From positions 1 through 64,000 of the IMG/VR virus record IMGVR_UViG_3300045971_000577: a stretch of 64,000 bases of DNA; one strand, given 5' to 3'. Under the pieces are notes generated by a model. That model was given only the letters and a program-made list of their open reading frames with translations, did no database searches and was not told where the DNA came from. Below, one piece after another: positions 63,982 to 64,000 of the stretch. Made by a program: the position numbers and the translations under genes. Each line of letters opens with the position of its first letter. Position 1 is the first letter of the stretch.

Positions 63982-64000
63982 TTTTATCTCCGTTTGTTGT

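Overview
64 kb of a large, probably lytic, tailed dsDNA phage genome. Nearly all genes lie on the minus strand. Bases 1-31 kb form an early region of short ORFs, each driven by a near-identical sigma70 promoter/leader cassette (minus strand TTGACA-17-CATAAT-ACATACATCGCAAC-AAGGAG). Other genes carry a T4-like late promoter (TAAATA). Recognisable products: UvrD-like helicase, AAA ATPase, NUDIX, phosphoribosyltransferase, TraR/DksA zinc finger, HD (SpoT/Mesh1-like) hydrolase, five HNH/GIY-YIG endonucleases, S53, C1A and S11 peptidases, SleB-like hydrolase, an L7/L12-like domain, two PEP-CTERM proteins, three tRNAs (Leu-UAA, CAU, Arg-UCU) and several expanded paralog families. The most striking unexplained feature is a ~1 kb ORF-free array (47.7-48.7 kb) of seven structurally conserved but sequence-variable RNA modules. 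Each has a covarying closing stem and a G/GYG internal loop, and most are preceded by an AAG-GT..AC hairpin. Solitary copies occur at 45.0 kb and upstream of a GIY-YIG gene at 40.15 kb. Four further candidate structured ncRNAs lie at 24.2, 26.2, 40.8-41.4 and 42.1-42.5 kb. Two of them share a pseudoknot motif and flank the S53 gene. All calls were made by eye, without database searches or folding software.
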